A DNA stretch of 64,000 nt from Gemmatimonadota bacterium (GTDB lineage: Bacteria > Latescibacterota > UBA2968 > GCA-2709665): contig JAPPFJ010000003.1 in the NCBI GenBank assembly GCA_028877215.1, positions 68,879 through 132,878 on the forward strand, in the 5' to 3' direction. Positions within the stretch are counted from its first letter, which is position 1. Every line of letters begins with the position of its first letter. Of the stretch, positions 40,075 to 49,320 are shown in pieces. The translations under genes were made by a program, and so were the position numbers. The notes below the pieces were generated by a model. That model made no database searches. It saw only the letters and a list, made by a program, of their open reading frames with translations, and had not been told where the DNA came from.

Positions 40075-42156
40075 ATGTTTCCCGAACTCGACGTCCCGGT
40101 GAGTACGGTGCGCGGCGTGGGCGCGAAACGGGAGGATCTGCTGTGTGAAGTCGGTATTTCCACGGTTGCGGATCTCATTCTATTTCTGCCGTACCGGTAC
40201 GTGGATCGTACGCGGCAGTCGCCCGTCGCCGGGCTTCCGATAGGCGAGGAGGTCACAGCTGTTGCCGCGGTTCGCTGCGGGAACGTCTTGCCGGGCAGGC
40301 GGCCACGGTTCGTTCTCGTGCTGGAAGACGAATCGGGCACGCTCGAATGCGTCTGGTTTTCGGGGCATCGATATCTCAGGCGGGCGTTCTCGGCCGGCGA
40401 TCTGCTGGCCGTTGGGGGCAGGTTGACCAGGTTTGGAAACAAACGGCAGATGGTCCACCCCGACGTGGAGGTGATATCGGATGACGAAGATGGCGCACGA
40501 GTCCATACGGGGCGCGTGATCCCCGTCTATTCGACAACGGCGCGGATGAAGGCGGAACGACTCACCAGCCGTGCATTGCGCCGCGTCATCTTCCACGCGC
40601 TGGAAGATGTGCGTCTGGCGGACCCGATGCCGGACCCGATGAGGGCGCGATTCGGGGCGCTCTCGCTCGGCGAAGCCGTGAAAAAGCTCCACTTCCCGGA
40701 CGAAAGACAGGATGTTGAGGCGGCCCGACGCAGGCTCGCGCTGGATGAACTGCTTTACTTCCAGTTGCGCCTTCGGTCAATGCAGGAGGGTCGAGACGAA
40801 AAACCGGTGCCCGTCTTGCCCGCAACGGGCCCTCTTGCCACAAAGATGATGGCGGCGTTGCCGTTCGAACCCACGGCGGCGCAACGCCGCGCGTTGACGG
40901 AGATCGGCGAGGACCTGACGCGGGGCCGCCCGATGCGGCGCCTGCTGCAGGGTGACGTGGGGTCGGGCAAGACCCTGGTGGCGACGTCGGCCATGCTGGC
41001 GGCGGTAGACGGCGGCGCGCAGGCGGCGCTGATGGCCCCGACCGAGATTCTGGCGGAGCAGCACGCCGAGACCATCCGCGCCTTCGCAGACCCTCTGGGG
41101 CTGGTGGTCGCGCTCCTTACGGGCCGACAGACTCAGCGTGAGCGACGCGAGATCCTTCAAGGGCTGGCCTGGGGTCGCGTCCACCTCGTAGTAGGCACAC
41201 ACGCGCTCCTGCAGGAGGGCGTGGCTTTTGCCAGGCTGGGTCTCGCCGTCATCGACGAGCAGCATCGATTCGGCGTCCTGCAGCGTGCCGCATTGCTGGA
41301 GAAGGAATGCGGCGTCCACCTGCTGGTGATGACGGCCACGCCCATTCCACGGACGCTTGCCCTGACGCTGTATGGGGACCTGGACGTGACGGTTCTGGAC
41401 GAACTGCCGCCCGGGCGTCAGCCGGTGAAGACCGGGTGGCGGGCCGCGGTGGACCGGGAAAAGGCCTATCGCTTCCTGCGCGAACAGGTTTCGACTGGCT
41501 GTCAGGCATATATCGTCTTTCCGATGATTGAAGAGTCCCGAGCGAGCGACACCAGGGCCGCTGCCACCGCATTCGAGGAATTGCGTGACGGCGCGCTGTC
41601 GGGTCTGCGGCTGGGTTTGCTGCACGGCCGGCTTCCCGCTGCGGAGAAGGACGCGGTGATGGCCGCGTTTCGAAAGGGATCGCTGGATGTCCTGGTCTCC
41701 ACGACGGTGATTGAAGTGGGGGTGGACGTTCCCGGCGCGACCGTGATGATGGTGGAACACGCGGAGCGCTTCGGCCTGGCGCAACTCCACCAGCTGAGAG
41801 GCCGGGTGGGCCGCGGCAGCGCCGGTTCGTATTGTATATTGATCGCCGACCCGGAGGGTGACCTGTCGCCGGACGCGCGGGCGAGGCTGGACGCCATGGC
41901 CGCCGCCGGCGACGGGTTTGAAATCGCAGAGATGGATCTGAGGATCCGCGGACCCGGACAGTTCTTCGGTACCCGGCAGGCGGGGTATCCCGAATTCCGT
42001 TTCGCCGACCTTACGCGTGACGTTGACCTGGTCCGTGCGGCTCGGGAGGAGGCGGCTGAGCTTCTGCAACGGGATCCGCACCTCGAGCAAAGCGGCGTGT
42101 TGCGCCGACGCGTCGAATCCGTGAACCTGGAGGTGTCGGCCGGCCATTCGGGGTGA
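40075..42156 (+). CDS. recG: ATP-dependent DNA helicase RecG
   Basis: LLQGDVGSGKT, MAPTEILAEQH, IDEQHRFG, MTATPIPRTL, QLHQLRGRVGRG, RGPG.FFG.RQ.G. Confidence 0.97.
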   Translation: MFPELDVPVSTVRGVGAKREDLLCEVGISTVADLILFLPYRYVDRTRQSPVAGLPIGEEVTAVAAVRCGNVLPGRRPRFVLVLEDESGTLECVWFSGHRYLRRAFSAGDLLAVGGRLTRFGNKRQMVHPDVEVISDDEDGARVHTGRVIPVYSTTARMKAERLTSRALRRVIFHALEDVRLADPMPDPMRARFGALSLGEAVKKLHFPDERQDVEAARRRLALDELLYFQLRLRSMQEGRDEKPVPVLPATGPLATKMMAALPFEPTAAQRRALTEIGEDLTRGRPMRRLLQGDVGSGKTLVATSAMLAAVDGGAQAALMAPTEILAEQHAETIRAFADPLGLVVALLTGRQTQRERREILQGLAWGRVHLVVGTHALLQEGVAFARLGLAVIDEQHRFGVLQRAALLEKECGVHLLVMTATPIPRTLALTLYGDLDVTVLDELPPGRQPVKTGWRAAVDREKAYRFLREQVSTGCQAYIVFPMIEESRASDTRAAATAFEELRDGALSGLRLGLLHGRLPAAEKDAVMAAFRKGSLDVLVSTTVIEVGVDVPGATVMMVEHAERFGLAQLHQLRGRVGRGSAGSYCILIADPEGDLSPDARARLDAMAAAGDGFEIAEMDLRIRGPGQFFGTRQAGYPEFRFADLTRDVDLVRAAREEAAELLQRDPHLEQSGVLRRRVESVNLEVSAGHSG

Positions 42157-42209
42157 CGCGGGCGGAGGTCGGCTGGCGGCGCCGGGCGGTTCAAACGGGG
42201 GGATTGGGG

Positions 42210-42238
42210 TTGACACCCCGGGGGTTTTGTGGTACATT
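42210..42238 (+). promoter_or_regulatory. Sigma70-type promoter of the pfkB-hflKC-coaE cluster
   Basis: TTGACA-17 nt-TACATT with an extended -10 TG. Confidence 0.6.
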
Positions 42239-42265
42239 CAAAAACTGATCCCGGTGAGGTGGGCT

Positions 42266-43192
42266 ATGTCCGTAAACGCGCGTCGTATCGCGGTGGTCGG
42301 TTCAATCAACCGGGATACGATTTGTACGCCCGACGGGACCCGCACCGAGAGCTATGGCGGCATCCTTTACAGTATCGCGGCACTCGCCCGGATTGGGTGT
42401 GCCACGATTTTTCCGGTATGCAACGTGGGGAAAGACGTCGAAGACGCGGTTCGGCGTCTTCTGGGTTCGTGGGGGTGTGTGCAACTGGACGGCGTCCGGT
42501 TCGTACCCGATCGGAATCCCCACTGTTTCTTAACCTACGATTCCCGCAACCGGAAGCAGGAGACGCTTCTGGGCGGCGTGCCCGCGCTGGCGATCGAGCG
42601 GCTTCAGCCTTTTCTGGGCTGCGATGCGGTCTGCTTCAATTTCATCACGGGAATGGAACTTGAACTGCAGACGTTGCGGGCGTTCCGCCGCGAAGCCCGC
42701 GGTCTCGTACTGATGGACGTGCACAGTCTCACGCTGGGAATCGACAGCGGCCGCCGCAGGTTTTTTCGCATGCCGCCCTGCTGGGAGGGGTGGTTGGCCT
42801 GCGCCGACATTGTGCAGATGAACGACCGCGAAGGCGAACTCCTTGCCGGCGAGGCCCTGAATAGCGGTGCTGCCACCGCGAAATTCGGCGAGCGGGTCCT
42901 GGCTCTGGGTCCGGGGGCGCTGTTGATTACCCGCGGCGAACAAGGCGCCGATGCGGTTACCTCAAATCCGCGGGGTGGCATTGAAGTTCAACGTTATCCC
43001 GCGAGGGCCGCGGATGTTCCCGTGGATGAGACCGGATGCGGCGACGCGTTCCTGATGGGCTTTACGTGGTCCTACCTCGAAACCGGCAGTATTGACGAGG
43101 CCAGCCGGTTTGCCAACCGGATCGCGGGAATCACGTGCTGTCTCAGGGGCATCGAACAGATGGCCCTGATCGGCGATTATCTTAGGCAATAG
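42266..43192 (+). CDS. PfkB family carbohydrate kinase
   Basis: VVGS.N.D, N..E, T.G..G, DETGCGDAF signature. Confidence 0.88.
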   Translation: MSVNARRIAVVGSINRDTICTPDGTRTESYGGILYSIAALARIGCATIFPVCNVGKDVEDAVRRLLGSWGCVQLDGVRFVPDRNPHCFLTYDSRNRKQETLLGGVPALAIERLQPFLGCDAVCFNFITGMELELQTLRAFRREARGLVLMDVHSLTLGIDSGRRRFFRMPPCWEGWLACADIVQMNDREGELLAGEALNSGAATAKFGERVLALGPGALLITRGEQGADAVTSNPRGGIEVQRYPARAADVPVDETGCGDAFLMGFTWSYLETGSIDEASRFANRIAGITCCLRGIEQMALIGDYLRQ

Positions 43193-43264
43193 AAGGTTCG
43201 CCCGCCGTGCTTTCACGTTCCGGCGGTTTTGTGATGCCGGCCATTTCATCAAGGGGTTTGTCCT

Positions 43265-44266
43265 ATGCAACAATACGATTTTCCGGGTCGGCCGAGCTTC
43301 GACCTGTCCCTGAGCCCGAGGCTTGTCTACTACGGTCTGGGCGTTCTGGTCCTGTTATGGCTGCTCAGCGGAATATATATCGTGCAGCCGGCCGAGCAGG
43401 CGGTGGTATTGCGGTTCGGCAAATCCATGGGCGTGGAGGAGCCCGGCATCCACTACCATCTTCCCTGGCCGTTCGAGTCGGTGGAAATCGAACGGGTGAG
43501 CGAGGTGAAGCGGGTGGAGATCGGGTTCCGGACCGTCGCCGTGGAGCCGGTGCCGCGCTATCAGCAAGTGACCAGGGAGCAGTCCATGTTGACCGGCGAC
43601 GAGAATATCGTGAACGTCGAACTGATCGTTCAGTATCGGATCAGCGACATTGAAGCCTATCTGTTCAATGCCGCCGACCAGGTGCACGCCGTCCGGAGCG
43701 TGGTGGAAGCGGCGCTGCGTCAGGTGCTGGGGCGGTCGCCGATCGACGAAGCGCTCACTGAAGGCAAATTCAAGATCCAGAGCGAGATCGAGGAACAGGT
43801 CAAGGAAGTGTTCGATCTCTATGACATCGGATTGCACGTGGAAAACGTGAAACTGCAGACGGTCTCGGTTCCGCGCGAGGTGGACCACGCGTTCAAGGAC
43901 GTCGCCAGTGCGCGGGAAGACCGGGAGCGGCTGCGCAACGAAGCCGAAGCCTATCGCAACGAAGTGATCCCCAAGGCGCGGGGCGAAGCCGAGCAGATGA
44001 TCCGGGAGGCGGAGGCGTATACCGTCGAGCGCGTCAAGCGGTCCCAGGGCGACGCGGAACGGTTCCTGGAGGTCCTTAAAGAGTACCGAAAGGCGAAAGA
44101 CGTGACAGAGGTCCGGCTTTATCTGGAAACCATGGAGAAGATCCTGCCTGGCATACAGAAATACGTGGTGGAATCCGACGGCAAGGGGAGCGGTTTCCTT
44201 AACATGCTGCAGTTGCAGCCCAGGGCCGCGAGAACCGCTCAACCCGCGACAGCAGGGGGGAACTGA
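43265..44266 (+). CDS. hflK: FtsH protease modulator HflK
   Basis: SPFH domain: VVLRFGK, MLTGDENIV, AF.DV..A.ED, P.ARG.A, RLYLETME. Confidence 0.95.
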   Translation: MQQYDFPGRPSFDLSLSPRLVYYGLGVLVLLWLLSGIYIVQPAEQAVVLRFGKSMGVEEPGIHYHLPWPFESVEIERVSEVKRVEIGFRTVAVEPVPRYQQVTREQSMLTGDENIVNVELIVQYRISDIEAYLFNAADQVHAVRSVVEAALRQVLGRSPIDEALTEGKFKIQSEIEEQVKEVFDLYDIGLHVENVKLQTVSVPREVDHAFKDVASAREDRERLRNEAEAYRNEVIPKARGEAEQMIREAEAYTVERVKRSQGDAERFLEVLKEYRKAKDVTEVRLYLETMEKILPGIQKYVVESDGKGSGFLNMLQLQPRAARTAQPATAGGN

Positions 44267-44268
44267 AG

Positions 44269-45129
44269 ATGAAAACGTTAATCAAGGCAATCGTGGCTGT
44301 CGTGCTGGCGGGTCTACTCATTGAATCCGTCCTGTTTACCGTGGACGAGCGCGAACAGGTGGTGGTGACCAGGCTGGGAGAACCCAGGCGCACCATCCAG
44401 AGCCCCGGCCTGCACTGGAAAGTGCCGTTTGTGGAGCGGCTGCACTCCTTCGACGACCGTCTGCTCTACAGCGACGCGGACCCGGCGCCCATTTACACAC
44501 TGGACAAGAAGAACCTGATCGTCGACAATTTCGCCAGGTGGCGCATTGTAGATCCTTTGAAATTCCTGAAGTCCGTGCAAACGGTCCGCGGCGCCCAGTC
44601 CCGGCTGGACGATATCATTTATGCTGCGGTCAGGGAGGAGTTGGGACGGCGGACGCTGGACGAGATCGTCTCCGGAAACCGCAGGGAGATTATGGACAAG
44701 GTCACACAGCGCTCGCGCCAGGACGCCGCGGAACTGGGCGTGGAGGTGGTGGACGTGCGCGTCAAACGCGCAGACCTGCCTGAGGAGAACAAGAAGAACG
44801 TATTCGACCGGATGAGGGCCGAGCGCGCGCGGCAGGCCAAGGAGTATCGCGCCGAGGGTGAAGAGGCGGCTCTGAAAATCCGCGCGGAGACCGACCTCGA
44901 GGTCACACGGATCAAGTCCGATGCGTTTCAGAAGTCCCAGCTGATCCGGGGCCAGGGGGATGCCGAGGCGCTGACAATCTACGCGCAGGCATTCCAGAAG
45001 GACCCGCGGTTCTACGAGTTCCAGCGCACCCTCGAAGCCTATGAAAAAACGCTCGGCGAAGGGACCACGGTCGTGCTGCCCCTGCGCACGGACTTCTTCA
45101 AGTATCTGGGTAACAGGAAACGGCGATGA
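44269..45129 (+). CDS. hflC: FtsH protease modulator HflC
   Basis: T.DKK.L.VD, DVRVKR.DLP, RM.AER...A...RAEG, FY.F.R.LEAY. Confidence 0.95.
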   Translation: MKTLIKAIVAVVLAGLLIESVLFTVDEREQVVVTRLGEPRRTIQSPGLHWKVPFVERLHSFDDRLLYSDADPAPIYTLDKKNLIVDNFARWRIVDPLKFLKSVQTVRGAQSRLDDIIYAAVREELGRRTLDEIVSGNRREIMDKVTQRSRQDAAELGVEVVDVRVKRADLPEENKKNVFDRMRAERARQAKEYRAEGEEAALKIRAETDLEVTRIKSDAFQKSQLIRGQGDAEALTIYAQAFQKDPRFYEFQRTLEAYEKTLGEGTTVVLPLRTDFFKYLGNRKRR

Positions 45130-46067
45130 ACGCCCGGCGGTTCTGCCCGCTGATCTGGGTGGTCTGCCTGCTCTGCCGTCCGGTTGCAGCCGAGGGCTGG
45201 GAGCGACTCGAACGGGAAGGACTGACGCTTCGGTTTCAGGATATCGATCGCGAACGGGCCGGGTTGCTGCTGGATGAACTGATCTCCGGCAGAACTGAGG
45301 TCGCGCGGAAGATGGGCGGCGGGCAGGACGTCCCGATCATCGTCTACGTAGCCGGTTCACAGGCGCTCTTTCAGATGGTTACCCGCGGGCGCATCCCCCA
45401 CTGGGGTGCGGGTTGCGCCTTCCCTGCCGAACGGATTGCCGTGTTGCGCCTGCTGCCCGGGCAGCGCGGACAGGTCCTGAAAACCGCACGGCACGAAATC
45501 TCCCATATTCTGCTTCACCATCTGGCGCGGTCACGGGTACCACGCTGGTTCGACGAAGGCGTGGCCATGTGGGCCGCACAGGAATGGCGGCTCCGGGAAA
45601 GCACCGAGCTCTCCTACGCGATTTTCTCCGGCGGACTGGTTCCACTGGGTGAAATCGAGGGGGTGCTCGGTTTTTCGTCTTCAAAGGCGCGCCTGGCGTA
45701 TACCGAAAGCCTTCTGGCCGTCCTGTATCTGATCCGTCTGGGCGGTCCCGGAACGGTGGCGCAAATCGTCCAGACGCTCGGTACGGGCGTCTCGTTCGAC
45801 GTCGCGCTGTACCGGATCACCGGGATGACGCCCGACAGATTTGAACGCGAGTGGGCCGAATACGCCGAAGGCCGGTTCAGCGCAACGGCCCTGCTGACAT
45901 CGGCTGGGGCATTGTGGTTCTATGTGACGCTGATGTTGCTCGGCGTATTTGTTGCGGTCCGCGTTCGGAATCGCCGGATCATCGAACAATGGGACGAGGA
46001 ATCTCCTGAAGACGCCTTGCCGTTGCGACTCCGCCTCCGCGTGCGCCGCTCCGGAGACCGGTCGTGA
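45126..46067 (+). CDS. Peptidase MA-like (gluzincin) membrane-anchored protein
   Basis: HEISH zinc motif, PRWFDEGVA, signal peptide and C-terminal TM helix. Confidence 0.8.
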   Translation: MNARRFCPLIWVVCLLCRPVAAEGWERLEREGLTLRFQDIDRERAGLLLDELISGRTEVARKMGGGQDVPIIVYVAGSQALFQMVTRGRIPHWGAGCAFPAERIAVLRLLPGQRGQVLKTARHEISHILLHHLARSRVPRWFDEGVAMWAAQEWRLRESTELSYAIFSGGLVPLGEIEGVLGFSSSKARLAYTESLLAVLYLIRLGGPGTVAQIVQTLGTGVSFDVALYRITGMTPDRFEREWAEYAEGRFSATALLTSAGALWFYVTLMLLGVFVAVRVRNRRIIEQWDEESPEDALPLRLRLRVRRSGDRS

Positions 46068-46693
46068 TCGTGGGGGTGACAGGGGGCATCGGCGCCGGCA
46101 AGAGCCGCGTTTGCGAAGTCTTCGCCCGGGGAGGCGCGTACGTAATCGAGGCCGACGAGGTGGGGCGGGCGGCGGTGGACGACCCGGGGGTATTGCGGTC
46201 GCTGGCCGAGACGTTCGGCCGGGGTATTCTGGATGAAAACGGCGTCCTGATTCGCCGGGAACTGGGCCGGCGTGCGTTCGTATCAACTGAGACGCGGGAC
46301 CGCCTGAATGCCATCGTATGGCCCACGCTGGTGGAAAAACTGAAGGACCGCGCCCGGAGCGCGCTCGCACAACGTGCCGAACGCCCCGTTGTGATCGATG
46401 CCGCGTTGATCTTGGAGTGGGGGGACCACCACGAGCTGTGCGACATACTGGTGGTTGTCACGGCGCCGGAGACGGTTCGGATTCAGCGGGCGATGGAGCG
46501 GAAGGGGTTGTCGGAGGCGGAAGTCAGGGAACGGATGGCGTGTCAACTTCCGGAATCCGACAAGGTTGAGGCCGCGGACTTTGTGATCGAAAACGCGAGG
46601 TCCGCTGCGGAACTGGAATCGGTCGCGCTTTCAGTCTGGCGACAGATTGTGAAATCCGTAAGGAAGGAGACTTCAGGCAAGTCACCTGATTGA
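46064..46693 (+). CDS. coaE: Dephospho-CoA kinase
   Basis: GVTGGIGAGKS, ADEVGR, R.ELG..AF, DA.LI.E, AD.VIEN. Confidence 0.95.
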   Translation: MIVGVTGGIGAGKSRVCEVFARGGAYVIEADEVGRAAVDDPGVLRSLAETFGRGILDENGVLIRRELGRRAFVSTETRDRLNAIVWPTLVEKLKDRARSALAQRAERPVVIDAALILEWGDHHELCDILVVVTAPETVRIQRAMERKGLSEAEVRERMACQLPESDKVEAADFVIENARSAAELESVALSVWRQIVKSVRKETSGKSPD

Positions 46694-46740
46694 ATCTGTT
46701 CAGAAAGGATCCATTGTCTGCCTCTTCTGCAGCGATGAAC

Positions 46741-46778
46741 AGACCCCGACGGGATCGTCCGTCGGGGTCTCATTTTTG
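46741..46778 (+). terminator. Intrinsic terminator after coaE (copy 1 of a 31-bp hairpin)
   Basis: 12-bp stem AGACCCCGACGG/CCGTCGGGGTCT followed by CATTTTT. Confidence 0.75.
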
Positions 46779-46810
46779 TGCAGCGGTTTACAGAAAGACA
46801 TAGATTTAAG

Positions 46811-46891
46811 GAAACGATCGTTTTGTAACGACCACATAAGGAAACGAACGTTTCATAAATAATTGACAAAGAAACGATCATTTCTTAATAT
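46811..46891 (+). promoter_or_regulatory. Fic promoter with three phased palindromic operators
   Basis: GAAAC-N4-(G/A)TTT(C/T) at 46811, 46841 and 46871; the third copy lies in the spacer of TTGACA(46863)-17 nt-TAATAT(46886). Confidence 0.75.
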
Positions 46892-46921
46892 TCCGACAAG
46901 GGAAAGGCGGTTTATCCTCCT

Positions 46922-48079
46922 ATGCCACGTGTGACCGGCCAATATCGAATTGTCAGCACCCTCGGCGAGGAAGTTCGAGCGTTTGTACCTTTCCCGCTCC
47001 CGCCAGGTGATCCACCGCTGACATTTGACGGTCGTACAATCGGACTCCACGACGCGGCGGATGCGGCCCTTGCTCGTCTCCGGATCGCGGGCGGTATGGT
47101 GCCCAGCACCGAATGGTTTCTATTCGGATTTGTACGCAAGGAAGCGGTTATTACCTCCCGGATTGAAGGGACGCGGGCCACGCTACGGGACGTCGTTACT
47201 TTTGAAGCCACGGGTCGAAGCGAACGCCCCGACGATGTTCGTGAGATTTGCAACTATGTAAAGGCGCTTGCGCATGCCCGAGAACAGATCGCGGACCCGG
47301 ATGGACTTCCTCTTAGTATCCGTCTGCTTCGCGACACACACCGAATCCTGATGCAGGGCGTTCGAGGCGAAGGCAAAGGGCCAGGCGAAGTACGCCGGTC
47401 GCAGAACTGGATCGGCGGCACCCGGCCCGGTAACGCTCACTTCGTCCCGCCCCCACCTGAGGAAGTCCCTGAAGCGCTCTCGGCGCTGGAACGATGGTTG
47501 TACGTAGACAGCGATCTTCCGCCGCTGGTGCGGGCTGGACTTGCGCACGCGCAATTCGAGACGATTCATCCGTTTCTCGACGGAAACGGTCGCATCGGCA
47601 GGCTGTTGATCGCGCTATTGATTGAGCATTGGGGGCTTCTCGACCGACCGCTCCTGTACCTCAGCCTCGCGTTCAGGCGCAGTCAACAGGCATACTACGC
47701 GCGGTTGACGGCCGTTCGCGACGAAGGTGATTGGGAAGGCTGGACTGCGTATTTTCTGGGGTGTGTGCGTGACGCCGCCGAAGATGGTGTTCGTGTCGCA
47801 GAGGCGCTTCATTCCGTCGTGGCACGTGACCGCCGCCGGCTTCTCGCCAGCGAACACGCAACCGTCGCCGCGGTTCGGTTGCTCGACCTCCTTCCGTCAC
47901 ATCCGGTTGTCAACGTTGCATTGGTTGGCGAGATGCTGGAACTGACGGCGCCAGCGGCCCGCAAGGCCATAGAACTACTTGAAAGCCTCGCCGTGCTTGG
48001 AGAAATCACGGGCAGGCAGCGTGGTCGATTCTATTCCTACCACGAATACCTGGACATCCTGACCGGTGACGAGGTTTGA
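46922..48079 (+). CDS. Fic family protein (class II) with C-terminal HTH
   Basis: SRIEGT inhibitory motif, RRSQNWIGG, HPFLDGNGRIGR, EITG..R.R.Y. Confidence 0.93.
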   Translation: MPRVTGQYRIVSTLGEEVRAFVPFPLPPGDPPLTFDGRTIGLHDAADAALARLRIAGGMVPSTEWFLFGFVRKEAVITSRIEGTRATLRDVVTFEATGRSERPDDVREICNYVKALAHAREQIADPDGLPLSIRLLRDTHRILMQGVRGEGKGPGEVRRSQNWIGGTRPGNAHFVPPPPEEVPEALSALERWLYVDSDLPPLVRAGLAHAQFETIHPFLDGNGRIGRLLIALLIEHWGLLDRPLLYLSLAFRRSQQAYYARLTAVRDEGDWEGWTAYFLGCVRDAAEDGVRVAEALHSVVARDRRRLLASEHATVAAVRLLDLLPSHPVVNVALVGEMLELTAPAARKAIELLESLAVLGEITGRQRGRFYSYHEYLDILTGDEV

Positions 48080-48194
48080 ACGGTTGGCGAGCTCGCCGCG
48101 TCGCTGCTGTAGATCTCACATTCGGACGCTGCGACAGGTACGACAATGGAGCAACAACAACCGACGCGACACCCCAACAGTGCATTTGCAAGAA

Positions 48195-48225
48195 AGACCC
48201 CGATGGAATGTTCCAACGGGGTCTC
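48195..48225. repeat. Copy 2 of the 31-bp hairpin, downstream of Fic
   Basis: AGACCCCGATGGAATGTTCCAACGGGGTCTC; 25/31 identical to 46741-46771 by manual alignment. Confidence 0.7.
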
Positions 48226-48384
48226 GTGTCTGTTGGATGGGGTTTTCGTTGAGCCGAAACGCAATTGGATCTAACGACCGCCGAAATCTGAGGTGATGTC
48301 CTGGTATTTGAATCTGGAAACAACAGGGTGCATCTTGATCCTTACCGCCAAAATGGAAACCGGAATCGCTTTCCAGACTGACCG

Positions 48385-48597
48385 CTATGCGAGCATCAGC
48401 CGTTCGCCTTTTGGTTCCGGTATTGGATCGCCGAACTCCCGAGCAGTGTCGATCCACAGTTCGATCGCCTCGTTGACATGTATGAGCGCGGCCTCCTGGG
48501 TCTGTCCGTGGGCCATGCATCCGGGCAGTTCTGGAACTTCAGCCACGTAGGTGTTGTCGGTGTTGCTCCAATACAGGATGATCTCGTACTTGTACAT
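48385..48597 (-). CDS. hicB: HicB family antitoxin
   Basis: YVAEVPELPGCMAHG.T.E.AL...EAI.LW......G.PIPEP. Confidence 0.92.
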   Translation of the reverse strand: MYKYEIILYWSNTDNTYVAEVPELPGCMAHGQTQEAALIHVNEAIELWIDTAREFGDPIPEPKGERLMLA

Positions 48598-48851
48598 TAT
48601 TTGGGTTCCCTCAGGCCATATTTCACGATAACGGATCGAACCTGTCGGACCTGATAAGGTTTTGCGTGACTGCCATCGCGCTGCAGGTTCAATCGTTCAA
48701 CGACACCTTCCTTTCTAAATATGTGATGCGCCCCTCGTATCCGTTCAGTGAACCCCAGTCTACCGAGCAACGAGCGCAAGTTGTCGAATCGGATGTTCGC
48801 ATCCGATCCACCTTCCAGAATCTGCCGCCGGAGCTGAGTCGGTCGTGTCAT
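48597..48851 (-). CDS. hicA: HicA family toxin
   Basis: F..L..LL..LGF...I.G.HHIF...NLQ..G..AKPYQV.QV. Confidence 0.88.
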   Translation of the reverse strand: MTRPTQLRRQILEGGSDANIRFDNLRSLLGRLGFTERIRGAHHIFRKEGVVERLNLQRDGSHAKPYQVRQVRSVIVKYGLREPK

Positions 48852-49033
48852 TCAGGCGTTTTTTATTGTACGGTCCGAAGTACCGCGGTGCACACCAAAT
48901 TCAATTGATTTTGCTGCGCTCCCTGACCAAGATACCCAAAAAGCAACGCGACACAAAATGAATAAATCGCAGACTACACGAACCGTGGATTGGCTTTACG
49001 AATGTAAATCCATAACGATCGGCGACAAACCAC

Positions 49034-49062
49034 TTGACATGCGTACCGGTACGCGATACATT
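49034..49062 (+). promoter_or_regulatory. Promoter with a perfect 14-bp palindrome in the spacer
   Basis: TTGACA-17 nt-TACATT; GCGTACCGGTACGC at 49041-49054. Confidence 0.65.
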
Positions 49063-49320
49063 ATATGCTGTGAAACATTCTTCATCAGCGCGGTCGCTTA
49101 CGCAGGCAGGACATGCATATTCAGGAGAATCCCCGCCCGTAGTTGCCCTGCGGATCGCCCTACCTCGGCCGAATCTCTTCGAAGTCACTCCCCATGGCCC
49201 GATCTCTCGGGATTGTAACTTGCTGTAAATCAGTCGATTGACGAGCCGACTTGGATTTAAGCGAAGCCCGCCGCGCATGTCTTCCGGCTGTAGAACCGCA
49301 ACCCACGCGGGGTAAATGTC

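Noticed and set aside
46811-46884. Mini-CRISPR interpretation of the 30-bp periodic repeats
   Set aside because: Repeats are only about 14 bp with 16-bp spacers, they overlap a promoter, and no cas genes are present; operator sites fit better.
48958-49228. Short ORFs upstream of HigA as a HigB toxin
   Set aside because: No HigB/RelE-like motif or clear RBS, and they overlap the predicted promoter.
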